From positions 930,001-994,000 of the forward strand of contig JANJGN010000152.1 in assembly GCA_026770705.1 (NCBI GenBank): a DNA stretch of 64,000 nucleotides, in the 5' to 3' direction. Under the pieces are notes generated by a model. That model searched no databases and had not been told where the DNA came from. It saw only the letters and a list, made by a program, of their open reading frames with translations. This document shows, piece by piece, positions 11,073 through 23,897 of the stretch (positions are counted from its first letter, which is position 1; every line of letters starts with the position of its first letter). The position numbers and the translations under genes are program-made. This DNA is from Isurus oxyrinchus. Taxonomy: Eukaryota.

Positions 11073-12852
11073 GCTAGTGTCAAAAATTGTCCTTGCCATG
11101 ACTGAAATTTTCAATCACTCTCCACATTGTAACATTCAGTAACTGAACGGTCTCCACTGAAAAAACATACAGAAAGAAACATTCTCCTCTTGCATCTTTC
11201 CAACCTGCTTTTTCTTTCTGAACCTTTTTAATGAAAAGCTACACAACTAATGTGAGTGAAGTTTGCGATGGTAAAAATGGGTCCATCCCCTCATGGAACC
11301 GAACCGCTTTGACACATTCCTGATCCGAACCACTCGTTGTGCAACATAGAAGCCCCTTTAAAACTGTAACTATTATTTTCAGTTTCCTCTCCTCTCCGAC
11401 CAAAATGAATCACTTCACACTTCCAGACATTAAATTTCAGCTGCCACTTGTCCGTCCAAATGGATTTGTTGAAGGGCCCAAAAGGAGAACCGACTCAAAC
11501 TGGGAATGAAAGAGTGAGAATGAAAGAAGAGACGTGATGGGTTTTGTAGATCCCGGGGGAAAGAGATTCCAGGATCAGTTCATTGTGACAGTTCACACAG
11601 CAACAAGGAAACAACATTCCCTGATGAGAGCCAAACCAGGGCGGCAGGAGCGGGAGTGCCAAATAACAGCCTGTTTAGTTAAAACATAGAAGACTTCTTC
11701 AGCCAATAACTGCATCGAGTGTGTTCAACATGGACATGAAGTGAACAGTGAGGGGAAAATAGTGCCACAAGCTGCGGATGTACAACGTTCAATTTCCAAA
11801 CCCACCAACAGAATCAATGTGGCTCCTCTGAAACTTTCAAGGCAAATATTGATCCTTTATCAGATGCCGTTCCCAGAACTATACACAGTCCTCCAGGTGT
11901 GACCTAACCAGGGCTTTGTATAGCTGCAGCAAACCTTTCCCTCTTTTCTATAACAGTCTCTGTAACAGGTTGTACAGCAAGAGGAATTAGATTGTATAAG
12001 GCGACTGAGAAAAACGAGGACATGCTTGATCTGAATCAATCTCTTTGGAAAGTTTGGTATGAAATCAGCTGCATAAATACATTTATGGTTCAAAAACTAT
12101 ATCGGAATCTAAAGTCCAACTCCTGATGTCATTGGGTCAGGGAAATTTTGTTGATGATCACACAGTGCGCATGGGCACTGCAGAAACTCCTGCAACTCTT
12201 TCAATATTGTTCTTTAATTTCATAAGCTCCATGAAATCTCTGTTTAACCTCCTTTATTCTAAAGAGAACAATCGCGGCCTCTATAATCTCTCCACAAAGC
12301 TGAATTTCCTCATCTATGGACATGATGCAAGGTGAAAAATTGCAATGAGATTTTAGAAAATATTGCCAGCTAGCAGTTGGGAAGATGCAAAAGGAACCAA
12401 AGCAAAAAACCCAGTCTCCAGCTTTGCAAAGCTTTCGAAATTCTTTGGGAACCGGGATCAGAGGAGAACGAAGGGCAAACTGTCCGACTGACCGTTCAAG
12501 GTACCGTTCCCCTCTTTAAGGCACTGGAACATTGACTCTGATGTTATCATTGAAATTAACTGATCTGAGACATGGAAAGGATTCTCCTCACTGCACATCA
12601 GCAATTCAAGCCGAATATTGGTTTCGGGACAATCAGAGCACTTGGTGACAGACAAGGCACCAAAAGGATCGAAGGGAGACTGTAGGAGAGCTGGTTCCAG
12701 GTGACATGGATGTGTCTGCAGTGGGTGGGATCAGACTGTTTCCATATATCCAAATCAATGCCTCACCCTTTATTTTGGAAAGGTAAAACTCGTAGAGAAC
12801 AATGATCATTCTGATAGCGGCATCTGAACCTTTAAGTACATATCTTGCGACT

Positions 12853-12930
12853 TTTTCTGTGGTGCAATTGGTCAGCGTGTTCGGCTGTTAACCAGAAGGT
12901 TGGTGATTCGAGCGAGACCACCCGCCGACG
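12853..12930 (+). pseudogene. tRNA-Asn(GTT) pseudogene
   Basis: tctgtggtgcaattggtcagcgtgttcggct-GTT-aaccagaaggttggtgattcgagc; acceptor and T stems disrupted. Confidence 0.8.
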
Positions 12931-13799
12931 AAGCTTTCACCGTTTGTCAGCCCATCACATTCATCACCCCACAACTCTGGGTTGTCAAGGTGCATATTGG
13001 CTTCAAGAAAATAATCCACAATCGAGGCACATGTTTCTGTTATTCAGTGACCCCACACAAACAGTCGCTTTCTTATGAATATTTCAAATGTAAAGAGAAA
13101 ATGATCAGACCTGCCATGTACCTATATCTAATCCATTGGAAAGATATGAAGTTATGAGATTCAAACAAACCCATCAGTGATTCTCTCTTCTTCAGCTCCA
13201 GTGAGTGGGATAGGGAAGAGTGGAGAAGCAGCAATATTCTGGCCCCACACTCTCCAATCACCCGCTGCCAGCAGAAAGCAGCGACAGTAGCTTCAATCAG
13301 TGGCTTACTGCCCATCCCTGGGATGCAAGATACTCCAACACGGGCTAAACTTCCCAATACACTGAGCACAGGCTCAGGGAAAGGCAGGTAAATTATATCC
13401 CGTTCACTAAGCCTCCAAGCACCATTTACAAAATACCCTAGTGAGGGAGTCACAAATAAAAACAACAACAACTTTCTAAATCTTTTCACTGTGAAATTCC
13501 ATCTTTTTATTTAAAAACTGACAGTTGTGCATCTGAAAATGAGCACCATGGGATTTGTGTTACTGATGACTTGTTTTCCATTGTTTGTCTGTCAGGTTTG
13601 CTACTCAATTTGTGTTGGAGATTGAAGCGAATCTGATTTCAGAACGAGGTCACAAAGCAGGTCAATATTAAACCCAGGAACACATCCTGAGGAAAATAGA
13701 TCACAATGTTTGGAAGGAGGTGCAGCTAAGAAATGGAATCTGTGAATGATGTTATTGATGATTGATGGGAAAGCATTGGACCCTTGGGCTTCTGGTAGT

Positions 13800-14285
13800 C
13801 AATTCCCTTCTCTCCCATTGCATTCAGACAGTTAACTTGCTGTGATGTTTTCCCTTCCCACACTCAGAGCAGGTTAATGGCCTCTCCCCAGTGTGAACTT
13901 GCTGGTGTCTCAGCCAATGGATGCATGAGTGAATGAATCCCTTCCCACACATGGAGCAGGTTAATAACTTACCACCAGTGTGACTGCATTGGTGAGTTTC
14001 CAGCTAAGATCAGTGGCTCAGTCCTTCCTCACATTCCCCACATTTCCGCAGATTCTCGTCAGTGTAACCGCGCTTGTATTTAGACAGGCCAGATGATCCC
14101 GTGAATCCTCATCCACACACAGAGCACGTGTACAGTTTCTCCCCACTGTAAACGGTGCTTTTTCCTTCCATGTTCAAACTCTGATGATATTCAGGCTACG
14201 ATAAATTGGGCAACTCAGCCAGATCCTAGTGTGATGTTTGGTTAGAATTTCCTGACTGCAAATCTTCCCCTCCTAATACCCAGTG
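13800..14285 (-). pseudogene. C2H2 zinc-finger pseudogene (type A leader)
   Basis: RC reads ttgaacATG gaa gga aaa agc acc (ATG at 14171), then about 4 degenerate fingers with indels. Confidence 0.8.
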
Positions 14286-14372
14286 AGGGGGAGATAAAGA
14301 TGGAAATAGAGAGAGAAAATGAGGGAAATATGCAAAAGGAGAGATGGAGAATGACGTGAGAGGGTAAGGTTC

Positions 14373-14398
14373 AGAGGGAGAGAGAGATAGAGAGAGAG

Positions 14399-14433
<35 letters not shown>
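14373..14433. repeat. (GA)n microsatellite
   Basis: Direct inspection. Confidence 0.9.
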
Positions 14434-14437
<4 letters not shown>

Positions 14438-14539
14438 AAAGTGGCAGGGGTGAAAGAGAGGGATTTCATATCAAATTGACCAGAACTTTGACAGAATGTC
14501 CCAAACCCTGAATCTACACCATCTAGAAGGAGCAGGGTA

Positions 14540-15415
14540 ACAGGTGTATGCAAACGCATCCTGACTTGTCTGGCATCCAGTGCCGCGTGAACAGAAATGT
14601 CCTCCAATTAAATATTGGAAAAATTAAAGCCATTGTCTTTAGTCCCCCCTACAAACGTCACTCCTTAGCCACTGGCTCCTCTCCTCTCTGCTGCAACTGT
14701 CTGAGGCTGAACCAGATTCTTCTCAAATTGGTGTCATTCTTCAAACATATCTGCATCATCACAAAGACCGCCGATTCCCACTTCTGTAACATAACCGACC
14801 CCTGTCCTAGTCTCAGCTCACCCAATTCTGAAACTCTCATCTATGCCTTTATTAACTCTAGACTTAACTACCCTAACGCACCCCAGGCCACATCCCACAT
14901 TCACCTCCCCAGTAAACTTGAGGTAATGCAACACCCTGCTACCCATGTGTTTGTTTGCAGTAAGTCTTGCTCACTCATCACCTCTGTGCCCACTGACCTA
15001 AAAAGGCTCACGTTTAAGAAGCATCAACATTTTAAAATTCTCAACCTTGTTTTCAAATCCCTCTGTGGCTGCAATCACCCCTTTCTCTGTGATCTCCTCC
15101 AAGCCCACAACCCTTTGGGATCACTGCGCTGATCTAATCCTGATCTCTCGACCATTCTCAATTAATCACTCCATCACTGGTTACCATTCTTTAAGTTTCT
15201 AAGGCCCCAAGCTCTGAAATTTCCTCCCTAAACCTGCCCACATCTCTATTCACTTTCTTCCTTTAAGATACTCCTTAGCCTTACTCTTTCACCAAGCCTT
15301 TGGTCACCTGCCCTTATGTGGCTCGGTGTCAAATGTTGCTTTGTAATATTTCTACAAAATGCTTTGGAACATATAATTACATGAAAGATGCTATATAAAT
15401 ACAAATTATTGTTGG
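14540..15415 (+). mobile_element. L2 LINE 3' fragment
   Basis: RNVLQLNIGKIKAIVF..SETLIYAFINSRLNYPNA..FKILNLVFKSL, ending in a gctatataaatacaa tail. Confidence 0.8.
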
Positions 15416-15764
15416 TTTGGATACATATTACTGTTCCTTCATCACTACAGGGTGAAACGTTCTGTAACTCCCTATCTAACAACATTGTGGGAGCACCTTC
15501 ACATGGGTTGCAGAGGTTCAAGAAGGTCAAACATCATCTTCCCCACAGGTAAATGGGGATGGGCAATATCCGCTGCAGGTCTTGTTAATGGCACTGAAAT
15601 CTCAAGGTACACCTGTGTCAGATGGGGCAGTCCTTCCTTTAAACTCCATCTGAGAGGAAAGTGACTGCTCCCGAGAGCTGGATGAGAGGAGGCAACACAG
15701 AGTCAGATGCTGAACACACCGCAGCCCACACGGACATTACAAACTGCCCCCTTTCTTGCTGCAC

Positions 15765-16170
15765 ATAGGAACAGAAGCAGGCCATTCAGCCCCTCAAACC
15801 TGCTCCACCATTCTATTTGATTGATGCTGATCTGTACCACAACCCCCTTTTCCCATCTTTGATCAAATTACTTTTATATCTTTGCTTAACAAAATTCAAT
15901 CTATTCATGTCTTGAAAAATTCAATTGACCCCCAGCATTCACAGCTTTTTGGGGAGGTTGGTCCTGATTCCCACAACCATTGTCTGAACACGTCGTTCCT
16001 GATTTCACTCCAGGTTCTACCGTTTTCATTCTGCCCCCTTGTTCTCGATTCCCCAGCAGAGCAAATGTTTTCCCTGTATCTACCCTCACAAACACATTGA
16101 TCATTTAAAAAAAACAGCATCATATCACCACTGAAACTTCAATATTTCATGAAATACAAACCTATTTTCT
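15765..16170 (-). mobile_element. CR1 3' fragment
   Basis: Begins with the RC of the CR1 tail (ggccattcagccc); same family as 9027. Confidence 0.65.
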
Positions 16171-16179
16171 GCAGCCTGT

Positions 16180-16490
16180 TCACCTTGAAGTGCAGCAGCA
16201 TTGACTTTAATGACTTGGAGGAGCTTTCTACCAACTGTTCAGAATGGCGACAACTTATCCATCAAGCAGCATCACACTTTGAGTCACAGTGTCTTCATGA
16301 TGAGGCACAGCAGCAGCAAAGAAGTGGAATCAGATGCTGTGCTCCAGATTCCAATACTTCATGGATGTCCTGCCCCATGAGTCCAAATATCTGCAGGTCA
16401 AGAATCAGTCTGTTCAGTCACAAGAAGACCCATGGCAGAAACTCACCACCCTGAGTAGACATCATCCTTGAATCGAGAGGCTGCTGACGC
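16180..16490 (+). mobile_element. RTE-like LINE 3' end
   Basis: WRQLIHQAASHFE..CPM..ICRSRISLFSHKKTH, an RTE C-terminal motif. Second copy at 22480-22660. Confidence 0.65.
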
Positions 16491-17349
16491 AGTATTAAAC
16501 AACAACTAACACAGGCACTTGGGGACTGAGAGAATACACACAGATGAACAGGTTGTTTAACAGAATTCTGACCACAGAAAGTTCATTCCAGTGAAGCCAG
16601 ACTGAACATGAAGATGAGGCAGAAATAGCGGCAGACATAATAGCCCAAGATTAAACATAATGCAAACTGAATTAGAATCACCATTGGAGCAGCTTTATTA
16701 GATTCACAATAACTATGCATAATAAACAGAGGCCTTTCATTGTAGGATAATGAAAATACTGGACAAAGATAGGAATAGTTTGATTCTGAGGGGTTGAGGA
16801 GAGGCTTGGTAGAGGATAGACAAATGGTGTGGCTTCTGCAGCTTCTGTAGTTCTGCACTCTCACAAGGAAGGAGGTGGTTAGATTATGCAAGTGTCCCCA
16901 TTAAGCTGCAAACATAAAATCAAGGCTTTATTTAAGCAATGAAATGGATATGGAAATGAAGAGGCTCTGTCGGTTCAATGGAACTTGAGGGATTTAGGGT
17001 CATTAATAAAAATGAAACATTCCCGCCTCTGAGCCAGAAACTCCTCTGCAGACAGTCCTGGTGAGTGAAGACGGCTCTCCAGCTCATTCTGGGTTGACAT
17101 CAGGCAGGATAGGTGTATCCGGCGGGTCTGGCTGTTCTCTCCCACTGTGTGAGCTGATCAAACTCTCCCGGCTAATGCCGGAACAACAAATCGGCTGGAA
17201 TTAAATGCTTCCAGACACGGAAGTGGGGTTAAGCAGCCTGCGAATTCTTCCACTAATTCACACTGTTCTCCAAGGGATGAATTCAAAGAGAAACAATCAC
17301 TACGCCCTGTCATTTCCCGAAATAATTCCTGTTGCCTGTCCTGTCTGAA

Positions 17350-17650
17350 TCCATTTCAGCAGCAAATGTTGAAATGTTTGCTCCACACCCAGAGATGTAG
17401 ACAGTTTCATCTGTTTAAAGCCTCAAACAGAAAGGTCCAGTTTTCTCTTGGAGTTTGAGACGAATCAACTTTCAAAATGATGCAGTTTCTGGCAATGAGG
17501 GAGATCCGGACTCAGCCCCGCCCCTCATTCACTCCAATTGCTTGGAGGACCAGCCACTTTCGCGTGGTCCTCCAGTCCCGCCCCGTCTTCCTATTGGTCG
17601 CGAGTTGCCGTCAATCAGTCTCGGGCATTGTGATCTGAGCATGTGCAGGC
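17350..17650 (+). promoter_or_regulatory. ZNF-family promoter cassette copy
   Basis: Two GC boxes (ccccgcccc), inverted CCAAT (attgg) and gcatgtgc. Homologous to 27510-27790, 45620-45840 and RC 61190-61460. Confidence 0.65.
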
Positions 17651-18194
17651 CATGGCAACGGACGGTAAGAGAGCTCGAGCTCTCTTAAAATGGAGGGTTT
17701 ACAAAGACCAAATGCGGATCCAGAACCCAAAATATAACCTGCAACATTTTCTATTTAGGACGCGACTAGAAACCGTAAACATTATCCCTGACTCCCCGGT
17801 TTCTCCCGCTCAGGTCTGACTTTGGAGTGAGTCCGACGAGGCCCCAGCGCATGTGCAATGTCAGCTCATTCAGGAAGCGTCTGTAAATGTAGAGAAAGTG
17901 ATAAAGGTTAGGGAGCGTCTCTAAAAATGGTGATTTCGGGAAATGTCTGCAAATGAAGGACATGATGACTGAGCATGGAGTGCTTAAAAAGCAAGGGAAC
18001 GTGCTGATGAACAGGGAATGTCTGTAAAGAATCATTGAGTCATAGAATTGTATAACACTGTTACCAGAGAAGAAGATGATGCTTGACCTTGAACCTTTGC
18101 AGTCTGTGTGGTAAACTGCTACCACATTTCTGTGAGATAAGGAGTTACAGGAATTTCACTCAGTGATGATGAAGGAATGGTGACATGTCCAAAT

Positions 18195-20075
18195 CAACAA
18201 CAACAATGTGTGTTTATATGGCGCCTTTCGTGTAATAGAAAACTCCAAAGTGTTTCACAGGAGTTTTATGAAGCAACTTTTGCCACTGAGCCCACAGAAG
18301 GAGATGTTTGGCTAGATGACCAAAAGTTTGGTCAGAGATAGGTTTTAAGAATTATCTTGGTGGTTATGAGGCTGGAGAAGATCACAGAAATAGGAAGGAG
18401 CGATATCATGAAGAGATTTGAAAGCAAAAATGATAAATTTAAAATTTAAGTGCTTCTTAGCCTGGAAACTTTGTACCTCAGAGACCATGATGGTGATGAG
18501 TGAACAAGACTTGGTGGAGTAAGCACATGGGCAGCAGAGTTTTGAATGACCTCAAGATCACTGGGAGGTTTAATGTGGGAGGCCGGCTGGGATTGCGTTA
18601 GGATAGTTAAGTCTATAGGTAACAAATGAATAGATAAGAATTTCAGCTGCAGAGCAACTGAGACTAGGATGGAGTTGGATGATACTGAGGTGGAAAAGGG
18701 CAGTCTTGGTGATGATAAAGGGGAGCCTGTCGACATACTGTACTTAGATTTCCAGAAGGCATTTGATAAGATGCCACATCAAAGGTTATCGCGACAAATA
18801 AAAGCTCATGGTGTAGGATGTAACATGTTAGTATGGATAGAATATTGACTGGCTGGCAGAAAACAAAGAGAATGCATAAATTGGTCTTTGTCTTATTGGC
18901 AGGATGTGATGCGTGGAGTCCCACAGGATCTGTGCTGGCACGTCAACTTTTTACAATTGATATCAATGACTTAGATGAGGGGAGAGAAGCCATTGTAGCT
19001 AAACTTGCAGATGACATGAAGATATGTAGGAATGTATGTTGTGAAGAGGACATAAGGAGGTTGCAGATGCATATAGATAGGCTGACTGATTGGGCAGAGA
19101 TCTGGCAAATGGAGTTTAATGTTGGAAAATGTGAAGTTGTTCACTTTGGCAGGAAGAATAAAAAAGCAGAATGTTACTTAAATGGAGAATGACTGCAGAA
19201 TTTCAAGGTGCAGAGGGATCTAGGTGTTCTAGTGCATGAGGCACAAAAAGTTAGTATGCAGGTATAGCAAGTAGTTAAGAAGGCTAAGGGAATGCTTTTC
19301 TTTATTACGAGAGGGATTGAACATCAAAGCAAGGATGTTATGCTTCACTTATACAGGGCATTGGTGAGACCACATATCGAATACAGTGTGCAGTTTTTGG
19401 TCCCCTTATTTAAAGAAAGATGTAAATGCATTGGAGGTGGTTCAAAGGAGGTTTATTAGTTTGATACCTGGATGAACGGATTGTCTTTTCAGGATAGGTT
19501 GGACAGGCTGGGCTTGTTTCCACTGGAGTTTAGAAAAGGGAGGGGTGACTTGATTGAAGTATATAAGATTCTGAATGGTCTTGACAAGGTGGATATACAA
19601 AGGATGTTTCCTCTTGTTAGTGAGTCCAGAACTAGGGGCATTGTTGTGAAATTAGGAGTTGCCCTTTTAGGACAGAGATGAGGAGAATTTTTTTTCTCTG
19701 AGGACTCTGGAACTCCCTGTCTCAGAAGTCAGTGGTGGTGGAGTCATTAAATATTTTTAAGGCAGAGGTCGATAGATTCTTGTTAGGCGCAGGAATCAAA
19801 GTTTCTCAGGGGTAGATGGGAAGGTGGAATTTGAAATGCAAGTAATCAGTCATGATTTTATTGAATGGCGGAATGGCCTTGAGGGGCTGAATAACCTACG
19901 TATTTTCCTATTTTGCATGTTCGCATGATGCAGATATGTGGTTTGAAGGTCAGTTTGGGGTGAAACATGACACCAATGTTGTGAAAAGTCTGGTTCAGCC
20001 TCAGACAGTTGCTAGGGAGATGATGGAGTCAGTGGCTGTGGAGTGGAGAAGGGACTGAAGACAATGGTTTCAGTT
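18195..20075 (-). mobile_element. L2 fragment interrupted by CR1
   Basis: L2 RC tail at 18200; homology resumes at 19930 exactly as in the uninterrupted copy near 23150. Confidence 0.75.
18718..19925 (+). mobile_element. CR1 LINE ORF2 3' half (RT)
   Basis: YLDFQKAFDK, PTGSVL..LFTIDINDL, KLADD, WQMEFNVGKC; short tgatg duplication on both sides. Confidence 0.9.
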
Positions 20076-20077
20076 AT

Positions 20078-21050
20078 CGGGGAGACATTGGCATAGTGGT
20101 ATTGTCACTGGACAAGTAATCCAGAGATCAGGGTAATGCTTGAGGGTCCCAGGTTCAAATCCTGACACAACATCAGGCTTTCACCAAGACACCTTACACA
20201 GCACCTTCCAAACCCACAACTACCTAGGAGGACAAGGGCAGCAGATAGATGGGAACACCACCACCTGGAGGTTCCCCTCCAAGTAACTCACCATCCTGAC
20301 TTGGAAATATATTGCCGTTTCTTCACTGTCACTGTGTCAAAATCCTGGAACTCCCTTCGTAACAGCACTGTGGGTGTACCTACACCACATGGACTGCAGC
20401 GGTTCAAGAAGGCAGCTCACCCCATCTTCTCAAGGGAAACTAGGAATGGGAAATAAACGCTGGCCCAGCCAGCGAAGCCCATGAGTGAAAAAAAAAGTTT
20501 ACAAGACAGATGGTGGAATTAAATTTCAATGAAAAGTCTAATGTTGGCAACAAAACCATTGTCGATAGTCGTAAAAGCCCATCTAGTTCACTAATGTCCT
20601 TTAGGGGAGGAAATCTGCCATCCTTACCTGGTCTGGCCTACGTGTGACTCCAGACCCACAAGAATGTGGTTGACTCTGAAATGCCCTCAGTTGTATCAAA
20701 CCACGACCAGAAAATGATTAAGGAATGAAACCAGACCACCTGGCATCGGCCCAGGCACCAGAAGCGACAAAGGCAAACTCAGCCCTGTCAACCCGATGAA
20801 GTCCTCCATATTAACATCTGCAGGCTGGTGCCAAGAATGAGAGAGCTGTCTCACAGAGGAGTTAAGCAACAGCCTGACATACTCATATTCACGGAACCAT
20901 AGTTCTTGTGGAGACAAAGTCTCCTCTTCACATTGAGGATACCCTCCATTGTGTTGTCTGGTATTACAACCCTAGATCTCAAACAGATCATGCAACCATG
21001 AGGTGCTGTGAGCCATCAGCAGCAGCAGAATTGTACTCAACCGCAGTCTT
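20078..21050 (+). mobile_element. tRNA-headed LINE 5' part (A/B boxes, body, APE endonuclease start), with a 3' fragment of the same family nested at 20171-20497
   Basis: A box tggcatagtggt at 20089; B box ggttcaaatcc at 20152; INICRLVPRMRELSHRGVKQQPDILIFTEP at 20810-20899. Confidence 0.7.
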
Positions 21051-21579
21051 CACTTTTGCTTTGAATCATCATCCCCTTGATCATTTACTCAGTCTTCCAT
21101 CCTATCGCAGACCGTTTGTTCTTTTCTCCTCTCCCCCTCTCTTTTACCTGACCCTATATTTGCTGGAAAAGTATTAAATCTTTCACTCTTTCCTGTTTGG
21201 ATAAAGGGTCACCGATGTGAAACATTCACTCTGTTTACCTCTCCATAGATACTGTTTGACCTGCTAAGTGTTTCCAACATTTTCTGTGTTGAGGTTGGAT
21301 TTCTAGCATCTGCAGTATCTTTTTTTGGGGTCACTGTGCTTTCTCTCATTTATCGTTACCTGTATAAAGGTGAAGAAGAGCTTTTAAAGAATGAGACAGC
21401 AGTAATTGTCTTGAAGGGTCATTCGGACTCGAAACATTAACTGTGCTCCTCTCCACAAATGCTGCCAGACCTGCTGAGTTTTTCCAGGTATTTTTGTTTT
21501 TGTTTTAGTAATTGTCACCCTGATCGACATGAAACTAAACTAATTGTTAATTCCTCATTGGTAATAATTTTAAACACAA

Positions 21580-21650
21580 AGTTTCGGCCGGGATTGAACC
21601 GGAGACTCTCTCATGTAAAGTAAATGTGATAATCACTGCACTGGGGAAAT
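21580..21650 (-). pseudogene. tRNA-Val(TAC) pseudogene
   Basis: RC atttccccagtgcagtgattatcacatttactt-TAC-atgagagagtctccggttcaatcccggccgaaac aligns to vertebrate tRNA-Val. Confidence 0.75.
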
Positions 21651-21789
21651 GAGTGTGAATCCCCCCAGACAGAGGGGAACTGACCATCCATCTCTAGCTC
21701 TAATTTCCAAACAGAAAATGCTGTCAAGAATCAGCAAGTCAGGCTGAGTCTGTGGCCGCTCTCAGCGTCTGAAACCGTCACAATTGCTC

Positions 21790-21960
21790 CAAACCAATAG
21801 GAAAAGGGGGCGGGACTGGGGGGCACGTGCACGCGAGAGGCTGGCCCTGCAACCAATGAGGAGGCGGGGCTGACTGAAGCATGCGTAGTGCGGATAATGG
21901 GGGTCCACAATGGGTGAAGGCGGGGGGGATGGCAGGGCGGAGCGAGCGATGGACAGAGAC
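21790..21960. promoter_or_regulatory. CpG-rich promoter (inverted cassette core) upstream of ZNF at 23898
   Basis: ccaat at about 21795 and 21853, ggggcggg twice, cacgtg and gcatgcg. Confidence 0.7.
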
Positions 21961-22014
21961 ATGTTGTGTAAACCCGCAGCCGTGTTCGGCTCAGGCTAAA
22001 GGCCCCATCATTTT

Positions 22015-22335
22015 TTATTCACTCCTGGGATGTGGGTGTTGGTGGCGGGGCCAGCAATTACTGGCCATTCCTAAGTGTCCTTGTTCAGAGGGCAGTTAAG
22101 AATCATCACATTGCTGTAGGCTCTGGGGTCACAGATAGCCCAGACCAGGTAAGGATTTTTATAACAATCGACAATGGTTTCATGGTCATCTTTAGACTTT
22201 TAATTCCAGATTTTTATTGAATTCAAATTTCACCATCTGCTGTGGTGGGGATTGAACCCACATCCCCAGAGCATTACCCTGGGTCTCTTGAATACGAGTA
22301 CATCACAATGCCACTATGTCACCACAATGGCCACG
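22015..22335 (-). mobile_element. tRNA-headed SINE (short form)
   Basis: Head and body as at 20078, joined directly to the LINE tail ...gctggccc..cccacatccca...aataaaaaa. Confidence 0.8.
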
Positions 22336-22889
22336 TGCATGACCAGCATCTTTGTAGGGGCCAATGTTTTAATGACTGGGAGGAGCTTGTTACCCATTGT
22401 TCAAAATGATGACAACTTGTCCATCAAGCTGTATTAACCTTTGAGCTGATCAATAATGTCTTATTGATGAGGCAAAGCAGCAGCAGAGAAGGCAAGCAAA
22501 GGAAGAAAATCCTGCTCTCCTGATCTCACTACATCATAGATGACCTGCCCCATGTGTCCAAAGATCTGTGTGTCTGTTCAGTCACATGAAGACCAATGGC
22601 AGAAACTCACAACCCTGAGTAGACATCACCCTCTAATCAAGGGATTGCTGATGACAATGAGGGACAATGTGCAGAGGACACATGTGAGGTCATCCTGGAC
22701 CAGGAAGGAGGAGGAGAGAATGCTGTGAATTTCTATGCTGGGATGGATTTTGGAAACTCCTTTTACAGGGGGTTAGAAGGGGAGGATTTATGCACAGCAA
22801 ACTCAAAGCAAGAAAATATTTGTCTCCTCTGAATTTCCATCCTGGACTGATAGTGATTGCTTCTATGAACTCATGGGGTACCGGAAGCA

Positions 22890-23350
22890 GAGGTCTTTTT
22901 AAAGGAGTATCTTAAAGGAGGAAAGGAAGATAGAGAGGCAGACAGGATTAGTAATGAAAACCCAGAAAACCTATAGCTTGGCAGCTATAGGTACCAAATG
23001 TGGAGCAAATGAAATCAGGAATTGTCAGTAAGTCAGAAGTAGAGTGCAGACATCTCAGAGGGAACAAAGGAATGGATGATGGTTTCAGCAGCAGATGAGC
23101 TGAGACTGGGGTGGAGTCTGGCGATGTTAGTAAGGTGGAATCCAGTCTTCATGATGATGCAGGTATGTGGGTGGAGCTTGCCTTGGAGTCAAATATGACA
23201 CCATTGTTTTGAACAATCTCTTTCAGCCTCAGGCAGTTGACAGGGAGGGGTTGGAGTCGGTGCCTAGGGAGTGAAGTTTGTACTGGGGACTGAAGTCAAC
23301 GGCTTCAGTCTTCTCAATATTTAAATAGAGGAAAATTCTCCTCATCCAGT
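22890..23350 (-). mobile_element. L2 fragment
   Basis: RC encodes WMRRIFLYLNIEKTEAV, the L2 ORF2 motif. Confidence 0.7.
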
Positions 23351-23897
23351 GCTGGGTGTTGGGCAGGTCAGGATGGTGTGTGACTTGGAGGAGAACCTGG
23401 AGGTGATGGTTTTCACATACACCTGCTACCCTGGTCCTTCTAGGTGGTGGAGATTGAGGATTCATGAGATTCTGTCAAAGTTCTGGTCGATTTGCACAAA
23501 TATAAATAATATTCCTCTCGTTCTCTGCTTCTGCTCCCAGGCCTCTTTCACTCTTCTCCCCCCATATTCCAGAGTCTTGTATAGGACCAGACTGGGTGGC
23601 ATGTTTCCTTCCCTGAAGCACATTAGTGAACCAGTTGGGGTTTTACGACAGTCCAGCAATTTTCATGGTCACTTTTTCCTAGTGTCGGCCCCACAAATCA
23701 GCAGATTCATTCAGCTCAATTTCACAACCTGTCTTTGTGTTTTTGTGGGGTCTCTCTCATTTTTTTCTATTTTAAAACATTTTGACAGGTTTTTAGAAGG
23801 GGAGGATTTCGAGTCCGGAAACTCAAACCAAGCATCAAATCAGGATCTGACAGAGTCACCCAATTTATCGTAACCTGAATATCATCGGATTTTGAAC

